64,000 nucleotides of DNA, from assembly GCF_006345805.1 (NCBI RefSeq), contig NC_042998.1, forward strand, positions 207,204,001 to 207,268,000. Reading direction: 5' to 3'. The stretch comes from Octopus sinensis (lineage: Eukaryota). Positions 11,920-25,456 of the stretch are shown here, in pieces. The number at the start of each line of letters is the position of its first letter. Positions within the stretch are counted from its first letter, which is position 1. Position numbers and translations under genes: made by a program. The notes beneath the pieces are model-generated. The model did not search any database, was not told the DNA's origin, and worked only from the letters and a program-made list of their open reading frames with translations.

Positions 11920-12330
11920 CATATGTATATATATATATAAACATATGATATATATATATATATATATATATAAACATATGTATATATATATACATATAAA
12001 CATATGTATATATATATATATATATATAAACATATGTATATATATATACATATAAACATAGGTATATATATTATATATAAACATATGTATATATATATAT
12101 TATATATAAACATATGTATATATATATACATATAAACATATGTAGATATATATATATAATATAAACATATGTAGATATATATATATATATATAAACATAT
12201 GTATATATATATATATAAACATATGTATATATATATATATAAACATATGTATATATATATAAACATATGTATATATATATAAACATATGTATATATACAT
12301 ATATATATATGTATTTATACATATATATAT
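11920..12330. repeat. Composite AT minisatellite [tataaacatatg(ta)n]n
   Basis: Recurring taaacatatg anchor separated by variable (TA)n. Confidence 0.9.
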
Positions 12331-12568
12331 ATGTGCCAATTTATTGTTCTCTCTCTCTATATATATATATATATGTAAACATACATCACACAGATACATT
12401 TGTAGATATATACATATATGTGTGTGTGTATATGTCTATATGTGTATGCCTGTGTGTATGAAACCAGATTTTCTTGCTAAGCTGGCCACAAAAAAGACAA
12501 TTGCTTCATCGATACATGCAAGTTTGGGAAACATGTTTCGCAGATGACAACAACGACAATGATGATGG

Positions 12569-12602
<34 letters not shown>

Positions 12603-12883
12603 GGTGAAGATGAAGATTATTGTATAAGTGTACTTGTATGCAAACGTGTACAGACACTCAGGCACACATAAATCTAAATGCATTCAGGGTGAAGCTGGCA
12701 TTCTACCATTTATGATGATGAGGGTCACAGTTCATCCGGTCAGTGGAACAGCCTGCTCATGAAATTAATGTGCAAGTGGCTGAGTATCTGCAGACACGTG
12801 TACCCTTACCGTAATGGTCCAGTCAGCTTAAAATATCTGGTTGTGTGTATTATGGTCTAGTCACCCATATCGTAAATCAGGTA

Positions 12884-13273
12884 CTACTTTTGGCCTTCCA
12901 CCGGTTATGACGATGAGGGTTCCAGTTCATCCAATCAATGGAACAGCCTGCTCGTGAAATTAACGTGCAAGTGGCTGAGTACTCCTCAGACACGTGGACC
13001 CTTAATGTAGTTCTTGGGGGAGATTCAGCGTGACACAGAGTGTGACAAGGCTGGCCCCTTTGAAATACAGGTGTAACAGAAACAGGAAGAAAGAGTGAGA
13101 GAAGGTTGTGGTGAAAGAGTACAGCAGGGTTCGCCACCAGCCCCTGCTGGAGCCTCCTGGAGCTTTAGGTGTTTCTGCTCAATAAACACTCGCAATGCCC
13201 AGTCTGGGAATCGAAACCACAATCCTACGACTGTGAGTCTGCTACCCTAACCACTGGGCCATTGCACCTCCAC
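12884..13273 (-). mobile_element. tRNA(Arg-like)-headed SINE, family C, 14-bp TSD (copies 17643-17996 +, 63345-63728 +)
   Basis: TSD tcgtaaatcaggta at 12870-12883 and 13274-13287; head tggcccagtggttagggcagca...ggtttcgattccc with A/B boxes. Possibly one of the published octopus OR SINE families (not verified). Confidence 0.85.
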
Positions 13274-13295
13274 TCGTAAATCAGGTAGTTCATGA

Positions 13296-13898
13296 AGGAG
13301 TCATACACAATGACTGGCGTAGTAGCACCATAATCAACTGCTACAAAGGTAAAAGTGATGTTTTAGATAGAAATAACTACAGGTGTATCAAATTGCTGGA
13401 TCAGGTGATGAAGGTCATAGCCCAACTAATTAGGGAGAGAGTTAGTCTAGATGAGATGCAGTTTGGTTTTGTGTCAGGGAGAAGCACCACTGGTGCTATA
13501 TTTCTGGTAAGAGAACTGCATAGTGAGATCGCAGCTGGGGTTGATATCAGCATTGCATAACCACCCCATTTAGAAGTACCCTAGAATTGTCGGGTGATAT
13601 GCTGTGCTTGAGAAGACCTATTGAGTCAAGTAAAATTGAAATCAAAATGGAAATTGTAGTTGTGGTTGATGTGAGTGCCACCTGACTATCACCCATGCTG
13701 GTGGCACATAAGCACTATTCAAGTGTGGGTCAATGCCAGTGCAGCCTGACTGGCTCCCCATGCTGGTGGCACATAAAAAGCACCATCCAAACATGGTCGA
13801 TGCCAGTGCCCTCCGGCTTGCTCCAGACCTCAGTCAAACCGTCCAACCCATGCCAGCATGGAAAACGGACATTAAACAATGATGATGATGATGATGAT
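13296..13898 (+). mobile_element. Internally deleted RTE-clade LINE (RT fragment joined to 3' UTR)
   Basis: Translates as NDWRSSTIINCYKGK.DVLDRNNYRCIKLLDQVMKV...LDEMQFGFVSGRSTTGAIFLVREL, then the family-B 3' UTR and a (GAT)n tail. Confidence 0.85.
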
Positions 13899-16800
13899 GG
13901 TTCAGCATGTGACATGGTAGGCCCCTTTTGAATTACTGGTACAACTCATTTTTGCCAGCTGAGTGGACTGGAGCAATGTGAAATAAAGTGTCTTGCCCAA
14001 GGACACAACGAGTGGCTGGGTATTGAACTCATGACCTTACGACTTAGCTACATGCTTCCACTCAGCTTGAAGCACAACTGATATCCTACAGCCAAATATT
14101 TTTGAGTTCAAACTCTGATCTAATCTAACTTTAATGCCCCAGGATGAAATATGCCTTTATATTACTGTCGTAGCTGTCTGCTTTAGTTTAACCCTGGGTA
14201 GGGTGGGTGGTGGGTCAGCAAAATTCTTATATCACTGACCCCTTCAAGGAATCATTCATAACTTGTTGGGGCCCCTGCCACTATCTTTTATCTTTTGCTT
14301 GTATCACTCATTAGACTGCGGCCATGCTGGGGCACCACCTTGAAAAACTTCCACTCGAATGAATCAACCCTAGCATTTATTTTTTTAAATGCCTGGTACT
14401 TATTCTATTGGTCTCTTTTGCTGAACTGCTAAGTTACAGGGACGTAAACACACTAACACTGGTTGGTGACAGACAGACACACACACGATGGGTCCTTTCC
14501 GTTTCTGTCTACCAAATCCACTCACAAGGTTTTGGTCAGCCCTAGCCTATAGTGGAAGACACTTGCACCCTGCTGTGCCATGCAGTGGGACTGAACCAGG
14601 AGCCATGTGGCTGGAAAGCAAGCTTCTTACCACACAGCCAGCCATCATCTAAATTTCTAAATTAAAATTAAAAATTTCTTGATTTAAAAACAAGTCCTTT
14701 GTTCTTTTGTGTCATTATCACTTTTTAATAAAAAAATATTTACAGAAATTTAATGAAAATTTTTAACGAAATTCATAAAGAACAGAATACATTCAGTAAC
14801 ATTCTTTTGATAAAGTCAGAATATTTAAAGTGTAATATTCATCCAAACTGTATCTGCCCATCCCTGCAGAACACTGAAGAGATGGAAATGGCATGGAGGA
14901 TATCATTGCTTCTTGGCAGAAACGGCCGCAAGGAACTGACCTTTTGCTCTTTCCTGTAATATTAATACATGTATGTGTAACACATAGTTACTACATGTGT
15001 GTTTTCTTCTAATGCTTTGGAATAAATAGACACACTGGAATGTCTACTGGATGATGTATGTCGTTTTGTATCCTCTCCATTTTCTTATTTGCTGTATATC
15101 ATCATCATCATCGTTTAACGTCCACTTTCCATGCTAGCATGGGTTGGACAATTTGACTGAGGACTGGCGAACCAGATCTCTGTACCAGGCTCCAATCTGG
15201 CAGTCCTCAGTCAAATCGTCCAACCCATACTAGAATGGAAAGCAGACGTTAAACAATGATGATGATAATGGAAACCAAAATAATAAGTTGAACAATTAAA
15301 TAATTTAATTATTATTTATATAGGTAAAAAAAAACCCAGTAAATTCTTTGGATATTTAATATCCCTTTGGCGGTTATTGAACACCTAACTAAATTTATAT
15401 ATATATATATATAAAAATTTGTTTGACTGCTCCTTGTAGCATGTAAGGCAGCCTGTAAAAGGTCACTTCTTTTGTGTTTAACTATACACCAATTTTATAT
15501 GGAATATATATATATATATACATATACCTGAGCTGGTGCCATGTAAAAGTCACTCAGTACACTCTGTAAAGTGGTTGGTATTATGAAGAGTATCCAACTG
15601 TAGAGACCAAACCAAAACAGAGAATTGGAGTCTAGTGCAGCCTCTGGTACTACCAGTTCCTGTGAAACAGTCCAACCCATGCCATCATGCAAAATAGATG
15701 TTAAATGACGATGATTTATGTTTGTGTGTGTGTCTATACACACACACGCATATAACATGGGGAAGCGAAATGCTTTCATTTCACATAGTTTTAATATCTT
15801 TTCATAAAAAAATTTAAATATACATATTTTATGGATGGTAAAAGCCTCATAAAATGTAGTGATATCCTTCATATAGTTTTAATATGTAGTTTTTCATGCT
15901 AAGAGTTGCTGAAGCATGGAACAAACTGCCGGCATCAGTTGTTAGTTGTCAGAGCACTGCATCCTTCAAAACTTCCATGCTTTCTGAGATTCCCCAACAC
16001 TACACCTGATTTTCTCCCCTCCATACACACACAAGCATGTATCTGACTCATACACTGTTCACTTCCCAGACATTTGTACATTACTGCATATGCTTTATAC
16101 ACACTTTTGACAAGTTGTGGTGCACCTGAGCACAGTATACAATAATTTCATTATTATTATGATATCTTTACCATCCATAAAATATGTATATCTAAATATT
16201 TTTATAAAAAGATATTAAAACTATATGAAATGAAGGCATTTCTCTTCTCCTTGTTAAACATGTTTCCCACATATTTTCACTTCATAATTTTGCCACATGG
16301 TGTATACTGATTCTCCAGCATTGTTGCTCCTTTTATATTTCTATTATATATATATTTTGTTTTTGTATTTGGTTTGCAAGATTCTTTATGTGAATTTGTG
16401 TGTTGAAGCATGTTTTATTGTGTCTAGGGATAGTCATCCTGTTTTAATGCCTTATTAATTTAACATACTCACTGGTTTGATTTGCACTCATTTAGTTTTT
16501 ATTCTCTTATTTGTTTCAGTCATTTGACTGCGGCCATGCTGGAGAACCGCCTTTAGTCGAACAAACCGACCCCAGAACTTATTCTTTGTAAGCCTAGTAC
16601 TTATTCTATTGGTCTCTTAGCTTAGTTTTTCCTTGGGGCTGGCCAGATTGAAGCAATCTCAAGTATTATCAGCCGAAATTGCGAAGATAATCTGGTACTC
16701 GACTGAGGAAAGAAAACTCTGAATGACCCATCCTTGTTTTCTTTGTATCGTCTATCTGGATGTTCTGTTGTCCCATTTTGTATTTTATATATATATATAT

Positions 16801-17146
16801 ATGTATATATATATACATACACACACGACAGGCTTCTTTTCAGTTTCCGTCTACCAAATCCACTCACAAGGCTTTGGTCAGCCCGAGGCTATAGTAGAAG
16901 ACACTTGCTCGAGGTGTCATGCAGTGGGACTGAACCCATAACCATGTGGTTGGTAAGCAAGATACTTACCACACAGCCACTCTTTTCTAAAATTTTCATT
17001 GCGTCTTGCAATCTCTTCAATAGTTGTTGAAAAGGTCGTAAGGGACAACAAAAATTTTAGAAAAAATAAATAACTAAATGAATGGAAATCGAACCAGTGA
17101 GTGTGTTAAATAATAAGGCACTGAAAGAGAATGGCCCTCCCCAGAC

Positions 17147-17184
<38 letters not shown>

Positions 17185-17185
<1 letters not shown>

Positions 17186-17474
17186 CATGAGTCTTCCATA
17201 GATGGTTCTTCTGTGTCATCATTTGACTGTTTTAAATAACATTTACGTTCAATTCGAGAGACCAACAAACGGGCATAAAAATCTTTATATTCAGGAGGCA
17301 AAACACCCAAAGTTTTTATCGCTCGGTCGACAATCTGTGTAGCACTCTGCATTGCTAAAGGGTCCTTGTTTCCATAGGGATCTTTGGGGTTATAGAGAGT
17401 GGGATCCAGGTGTTTCCAGAAAACATTGACAGCAATTCCAAACTCCTCTGATATAACGTTGTGGAACCACAGAG
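17185..17474 (-). CDS. TYW5: TYW5 exon 7 (last coding exon, 290 nt incl. TGA)
   Basis: Acceptor tttcttgcttcag|; [22 protein letters not shown]...YGNKDP...[12 protein letters not shown] matches the human TYW5 C-terminus and contains the distal JmjC His. Confidence 0.95.
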
Positions 17475-18087
17475 CTGAAGCAAGAAAGGAGAAATAATAT
17501 TCAATCGATAAATCTATAAATATTCAGATACACAATTAAACAAAGAATAATAATTTATGTGCATAAATAATTAGAAATGTAATGAATTCAATCACATTAA
17601 TATTAATACAGTTCATAAATATGATAATTTATTAATAGAGAAGTGGAGGCGCAATGGCCCAGTGGTTAGGGCAGCGAACTCACGGTCGTAGGATCATGGT
17701 TTCAATTCCTAGACCAGGCATTGTGAGTGTTTATTGAGCGAAAACACCCAAAGCTCCATGAGGCTCCGGCAGGGGTTGTGGTGAACCCTGCTGTACTCTT
17801 TCACCACAACTTTCTCTCATTCTTTCTTCCTTTTTCTGTTGTACCTGTATTTCAAAGGGGCCAGCCTTGTCACACTCTGTGTCACACTGAATCTCCCCCA
17901 AGAGATTCAGGCTCCATGTGTCTGTGGAGTGCTCAGCCACTTGCATGCTAATTTCACGAGCAGGCTGTTCCATTGATTGGATCAAATGGAACCCTTGAGG
18001 ATTAATACAGAAGGTAGTCTTTGTGTGTGGAAGATGTGGAGGTACAGAACATAAACCTCCTCAAATGTCCAGCAAGATCCTTAGAAG

Positions 18088-18411
18088 TCATCATCATCAT
18101 CATTGTTCGACCGTGGTCGAGACAATGGAATTTACCATGCTACGCCAGACTTCACGGTCCATCATGGCATTACAGAGGTCCGGTTGCTGGATGCCTGTAT
18201 CCCTGGAGATTACATCAGGGTAGGAGAGTGTGCGCCCTCTGGTATCGTGAGCAGATGGCTTCCAGAGGAGAAGAGTAGAAATTACCTCTTTTTCAGCTCT
18301 ACAACAACGTCCAGCAAACTGGACTCTCCTACCTTTCACAAGAGATGACACAGGTGGTAGTTTCCCATATATCTGCATTTTGGTTGGATGGCACCTCCAC
18401 GAGAGATTTAG
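18088..18411 (-). mobile_element. 5'-truncated RTE-type LINE C-terminus with (GAT)n tail
   Basis: NLSWRCHPTKMQIYGKLPPVSSLVKGRRVQFAGRC...DREVWRSMV* directly followed by a gatgat tail. Confidence 0.8.
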
Positions 18412-19226
18412 ATTTAGAAGTAGCAGATAGCAGTGGAGGTGGCAGTTCTGAAGACATAGCTGTTAGAATAAGAACAGGTTGGTAACAAAGGGCCTCTCCC
18501 TCACAGTGAAAGGCAGCAGGAAGATGAGGGACAAAGTGGTGAGAAATAATCTTCTGACGTTGAGCCTCACAAAGAAGATGACAAGTGATCAAGTCTTCAG
18601 GGGTTGCTGTGCTTGAGAAGATGCATGAAGCTAAAGGAACTTGTGGCCATCTACACATACAGGCGTGTCCGTTACAGTTATGCCCCCCCCCACCATCTTC
18701 CTGCGTCAGGCTCCTCCCATCCACTTTACATCCCCTCACCTTTCACACCTCCCAGCCACTCCAATTTCCCTCACCATCACTTGATACAGCCATGTCTTCC
18801 CCATCTCTAAACATCTCCGCAAACACTCTTCGGAACATCCCTCCCCTCTATCCCCTCTAAACTACCTATACTCCTCCCTCCTCTACTGTTCCCTGTAGAT
18901 AGGTCTCAGTACATCTCCAACACTATCAACTCTCCCTCTCTCCCTCTCCCACCTTCCTTCTCCTTCCCTGTCATACTGGGGTAGCCAAGTACCTCCTCTG
19001 TAGTAAGATGACTATCTCTGTCCCCCCCCATTACATTCAACTCTCTCACCTGGCTCACAGCCTCTTCCCTCCACTCTGCTCCTTCTCCCAATGAACAGTA
19101 TTTTGTCTTGGAGGCTATTTGGCAAGCCTCTTGGTGCTGGTGCCACGTAGAAAGCACCCAGTCCACTCTGTAAAGTGGTTGGCGTTAGGAAGGGCATCCG
19201 GCTGTAGAAACTCTGCCAGTGTAACA
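18412..19226 (+). mobile_element. Degraded RTE LINE 3' portion (second family) with pyrimidine-rich 3' UTR
   Basis: LEVADS..SGGGSSEDIAVRIRTGW..TKGLSLTVKG..DKVVRNNLLTLSLTKKMTSDQ..AVLEK with internal deletions. Confidence 0.65.
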
Positions 19227-19671
19227 TCACTACCGTTTAACATCTGTCTTCCATGCTGGCATGGGTTGGATGATTTGACAGGATCTGGTAAGGCAAGGGA
19301 CCAAGTGTGCGTGTGTGCGTGTGTGTGTGTGTGTGTGTGTACCCTTGTCCTAACACCACGTGATCATTGTAAATGAGCAGCACCGTGATGTTGTTTGTTT
19401 CAAGCCCTCCGTCATGGGGAAATATTGCATTACACGGAAACAGGTGATGGTTGGTGACTGGGAGAGCGTCCAACTGTAGAAAAACTATCTCAACAACTTC
19501 AGTCTGACCTATGCAGGTATGGAAAAGCAGGTGTTAAATGATGATGGTGATAATGATGACAACAGTTGGCCTGTTGTCTCTGTAACTGTGTGTGTCAGAA
19601 GATAAAGGACAATGTGTAAGGAGTTGGGGAAGGGCCGCCCAGCCATTGTTAGACTGGACAGAAATGGATGT

Positions 19672-19743
19672 GATGATGATGATGATGATGATGATGATGA
19701 CGATGATGATGATGATGACGATGATGATGATGACGATGATGAC

Positions 19744-19800
<57 letters not shown>

Positions 19801-19851
19801 GATGGTGATGATGATGGTGATGATGATGATGATGATGATGACGATGATGAC

Positions 19852-19883
<32 letters not shown>

Positions 19884-19891
19884 CGATGATG

Positions 19892-19923
<32 letters not shown>

Positions 19924-20016
19924 GGTGGTGATGATGATGATGATGATGATGATGACGATGATGATGATGATGATGATGATGACGATGATGATGATGACGA
20001 TGATGATGATGATGAC

Positions 20017-20057
<41 letters not shown>

Positions 20058-20304
20058 CGATGACGATGATGATAACGATGATGATGATGATAATGATGAT
20101 GATGATGATGACGATGACGATGATGATAACGATGATGATGATGATAATGATGATGATGATGACGATGATGATGATGATAATGATGATGATGATGATGACG
20201 ATGATGATAACGATGATGATGACGATGACGATGATGATAACAATGATGATGACGATGATGATGATGATGATGACGATGACGATGATGACGATGACGATGA
20301 TGAT

Positions 20305-20342
<38 letters not shown>

Positions 20343-20463
20343 CGACGATGACGATGATGATGACGATGATGATGATGATGACGATGACGATGATGATGAT
20401 GACGATGACGATGATGATGATGACGATGATGATGATGATGATGACGATGACGATGATGATGAC

Positions 20464-20501
<38 letters not shown>

Positions 20502-20517
20502 CGACGATGATGATGAT
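19672..20517. repeat. ~846-bp (GAT/GAC)n trinucleotide array in TYW5 intron 6
   Basis: About 282 triplets read directly; source of the poly-D/M/H/S ORFs. Confidence 0.97.
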
Positions 20518-22258
20518 GCAAACTAGTGTTGGATGGCAATAGTAAAAACGTCGGTAATTAATATCTACATTAATTCAACCAATTATAAATAATAAATCAG
20601 ACAGCAGAGAACTAGACAAACTGAACAGAGGTGTGTGTGTGTGTGTGTGTATGTATATATATATATATCATCATTGTCATCATTTAATGTCTGTTTTTCA
20701 TGCTAGCATGTGTTGGATGGTTCGACCAGGGATCTGGGAAACCAGGAGGCTGCACCAGGCTCCAGTCTGATCTGGCAGTGTTTCTACAGCTGGATGCCCT
20801 TCCTAACGCCAACCACTCCGTGAGTGTAGTGGGTGCTTTTTACGTGCCACCGGCACAGGGGCCAGGGGAAACTGGCAGTGGCCACGATCGATTGGTGCTT
20901 TTTATGTGCCACAGGCACGGAAGCCAGTCAAGGCGGTGCTGGCATCAGCCATGTTCGGATGGTGCTTTTTACGTGCCACCGTCACAGGGACCACAACTAC
21001 AATTTCCATTTGATTTTTATTTCGATGTTGATGTACTTGACTCAATAGGTCTCCTCAAGCACAGCAGGTCTCCCTATGATCCAAGGTAAGCACAGCAGGC
21101 CGTCCTGTGATCCAAGGTACTTTGGATGGGCTGGGGCTGCTATGTGAAGCTGGTGCAGGAAACAGCCATATATAAATATAAAACTGGAACAAAAACGCAA
21201 TAGAGGATATTAAAACATTCGGAGAGATAGACAATACAAAGGCAGACAAGAGAAACAAGAATTAGAAGGAGAGGAAAAAAAAAAGACGGGTCATTCTTGG
21301 CTTTCTTTTATCATTCAAGTCCCAGATGTCATGACCATTTCAGGCAGTTACACATGATATGGTTACTCCCCAAAAAAGTCTAAGCTAAGAGCATTAGACC
21401 ACTTTGTAAGAAAGCTAGTGAATGTATACGGCAACAAAGACAAAAAATAAACAACAAAATAAAACAGAGAACATGGTACACAATTACAAATACAAACAAG
21501 AAATAACAACAGGTGTCTTTCGACTGAGAATGATTCAAATTGAGCTGGTGTGTATGGAGTGAAAGCCTAAAGGCAGGAACACACACACACATATATACAT
21601 ATACATTTATTTGTGTTGAGCCATTAGTCTGTTGCCATGCTGGGGCACTGCTTTGTAGAATATTTAGTTGAGCAAATCGACCCTGACATTTTTTTAAAGC
21701 CTGGCACATATTCTGTCAGTTTATTTTGCCAAACTGCTAAGTCATGGGGATGTAAAAACACCAACACCAAGCAATGGAGGGAACACACACACACACATAC
21801 ACACAAACACATATATATATAAATATATGACAGGCTTCTTTCAGTTTCTGTCTACTAAATCCACTCATAAGGCTTTAGCTGGCCGGACACTATAGCAGAA
21901 GACACTTGACCAAGGTGCCACACAGTGGGATTGAACCTGGAACCATGTGGTTGGTAAGCAAGCTTCTTACCGCACAACCACACCTGTGTTTGTAGCCATA
22001 CCAACACACACACACACATATATATATATATAGAGAAAAAGTGTGAGTGTGTGTGTGTGTATGTGAGAGAGAGAAAGAGAGAGAGGCAGGTGGGCTTAGA
22101 GGCCATACGGATGGATAGATTAATTTAGATATAGTGTATAGATAGGTAAGCTGATCCCCCATGCTATAATGCTGTATCCTACGTTCTTAATAATTTACTA
22201 GGCCAAGGAAAACAAAAGCAGGTAAGGTCACTTGGTCAATAATAATTATGTAAATAGC

Positions 22259-22289
<31 letters not shown>

Positions 22290-22595
22290 CGTGCGTGCGT
22301 GTGTGACAGCGGTGGAGGCTGCTGAGAGAGATTATCAAAGTAAATGCGTTTAGTTTGCTCTCTGTAGTTTCTAGTTTCTAACTTCAAATACTGCCAAGGG
22401 AAATTTTATCTTCTATGTCCTTGGGGCTTGAAAACTATCTTTTATTATTTGTTTCAGTAATCAGACCATGGCCATGCTGGGGCACTTCCTTGAAGGATTT
22501 TAGCCGAATGAATGAATGAATGCATACATACACACACATATACATACATACATGCATGCATGCTTACATACATACATACACACACACACACACAT

Positions 22596-22628
<33 letters not shown>

Positions 22629-22672
22629 TACACACATACATACTTACCTACATACATACATACATATGCACC

Positions 22673-22710
<38 letters not shown>

Positions 22711-22869
22711 GGTCCAGGAGTGGTTGTGTGGTAAGAAGTTTGCTTACCAACCACATGGTTCGGGATTCAGTCCCACTGTGTGGCACCTTGGGCAAGTGTC
22801 TTCTACTATAGCTTCGGGCTGACCAAAGCCTTGTGAGTGGATTTAGTAGACGGAAACTGAAAGAAGCCC

Positions 22870-22913
<44 letters not shown>

Positions 22914-23134
22914 ATGTCTATGTTTGTGTGTCTGTGGATGTCTCCCCATCGTTGCTTGATAACCAATGTTGGTATATTTATGTCCCCGTAACTTAGTGGT
23001 TCAGCAAAAGAGCCCAATAGAATAAGTACTAGGCTTAGAAAGAATATCTCCTGGGGTTGATTTCTTCGACTAAAAGGCAATGCTCCAGCATGGCCAGAGT
23101 CAGATGACTTAAACAAGTAAAAGAATATATATAT

Positions 23135-23166
<32 letters not shown>

Positions 23167-25339
23167 CATATATACATATATACACATGCGATGGGCTTCT
23201 TTCAGTTTCTGTCTACCAAATCCACTAATAAGGCTTTGGCCAGCCTGAGGCTGTAGTAGAAGACACTTGCCCAAGGTGCCATGCAGTGGGATGAGAACCT
23301 GGAACCACGTGGTTGGGAAGCAAGCTTCTTACCACACAGCCACGCCTGCACCTTGTAGATGATAAATGAAAACCAGTAAAATACTTGGTTCAAATATACT
23401 CAGACCCTGAAAAATGTTGTGGGTGCTGTGAGCCCCTTTCTTTGACATGGCACAAAAGAGAACAGGTTTGTACGTGGGTATGTTGCTCTCACGCCGACTC
23501 AATGTTATGTTTGAATCCCTCACAAGCATTCGTAATCATCACCAGCGTCATCGTTAACCACACTCAACATCATCATCATCATCAAGCTAATGTGGGCATT
23601 CCCAGCTTGATGCAGCCCTTGCTCAACATTAGGACTTAAGGCGGTGACCTGGCAGAATCGTTAGCACACCGGGTAAAATGCTTAGCAGCATTTTGTCTGT
23701 CTTTATGTTCTGAGTTCAAATTCTGTCGAGGTCGACTTTGCCTTTCATCCTTTCGGGGTCGATGAAATAAGTACCAGTTATGTACTGGAGGTTGATGTAA
23801 TTGATTTATGCCTCCACTGAAGTTGTTGGCAGCCTAGTGTTAAAACTTGAAACCATTATTGTCATTTTGTGCTATATGAAGCAGTGATGAATGAAATAAT
23901 AATAATAATAATAATAATAATCATTATGCTGATAATTATTATTATTCTTTTACTTGTTTCAGTCATTTGATTGCAGCCATACTGGAGCAGCGCCTTTTAG
24001 TCAAACATATCAACCTCAGGACTTATTCTTTGTAAGCCTAGTACTTATTCTATTGGGCCCTTTTGCTGAACTGCTAAGTTATAGGGATGTAAGCGCACTA
24101 GTATCGGCTGCTAAGCGGTGTTTGGGGGGACAAACACAGGCACCCAAATAAATAAATAAATAAATACATACGTAAGTATATAAATAAATACATACGTAAG
24201 TAAATAAATAAATACATACATACATACATATATATGTCAGGCTCTTTCAGTTTTCATCTACCAAATCCACTCACAAGGCTTCAGTTGGCCCGAGGCTACA
24301 GTAGAAGACACTTGCCCAAGGTGTCATGCAGTGGGACTGAACCCAGAACCATGTGGTTGGTAAGCAAGCTTCTTACCATAGTCAAGCCTATGCCTATCAT
24401 TTACATTATTATTATTATCATTATTATTATTATTGAGGCAGTCAAACCGTCCAGCCCATGCCAGCATGGAAAGCAGATGTTAAACGATGATGATGAAGTT
24501 TAATGCAAAATAAATTAACATGAATGAGTGAAGGTACCATGGTTCAGTGGTTACAGCATTGGGCTCACAATCATGAGTTAGCGAGTTCGATTCCTGGACC
24601 AAGTTGTGTGTTGTGTTCTTGAGCAAGACATCTCATTTCATATTGCTCTGGTTCACTCAGCTGTAGAAATGGGTTGCGACATCACTGGTACCAAGCTGTA
24701 TCGGCCCCTTTGCCTTTCCCTTGGGTAACATCAGTGATGTGGAGAGGGGAGGCTGGTATGCATGGGCTACTGCTGGCCCTCCACAAGCAATCTTGCCCCA
24801 ACTTGTGCCTCAGAGTGTAACTTTCTATCTAGGTGCAATCCCATGGTCATTCATGACCAAAGGAGGTCTTTACCCTTTACCGTATTATATGGAGAGGAGA
24901 GGCTTGTATTTATGGGCGACTGCTGATCTTCCATAAACAACCTTGCCAGGACTTGTGTTTCGGAGGGTAACTTTCTAGGTGCAATCCCATGGTCATTCAT
25001 TACCAAAGAGGGTCATTGCCCTAACTTGAATGAGATAAAAGAAACCATTTCATCAAGAACTAAATTGAAATATTTCAATGTTAGTTTCTGATGAAATGGT
25101 TTATTTATCTTATTCAAATTAATGACAGAATGATTTGCTACATGGAGGCAATGACTGAGACCTTTGACATTATGTCATGCTTGAGAAGAAGACACATCAA
25201 GCCAAATAAAATTGCAGTTGTGGCAGATGTTGGTGTCAGGCAAATGGCACCTGTACTGGTGGCACATAAAAGCACCCATTACACTCTTTTACCCATTACA
25301 CCCATTTTACAGAATTGAATTCAGAGTAATGACACTTAC

Positions 25340-25456
25340 CTGGGATAAAGAGAATGTCCCCTGGCTCCAAGATACACTCATACCGAGTTGCTTTCAGGAA
25401 TAATGGAAACTTCTCCGTGTTTATATTGTCAATGTCTAAAACTGTAGATTTGCCAT
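25340..25456 (-). CDS. TYW5: TYW5 exon 6 (117 nt)
   Basis: ttttccaag|ATGGC...ATCCCAG|gtaagt; [39 protein letters not shown]. Confidence 0.95.

Noticed and set aside
19509-20542. Long poly-D/poly-M/poly-H/poly-S ORFs (244-316 aa)
   Set aside because: Stop-free by-products of the (GAT)n array inside a TYW5 intron; no splice or domain evidence.
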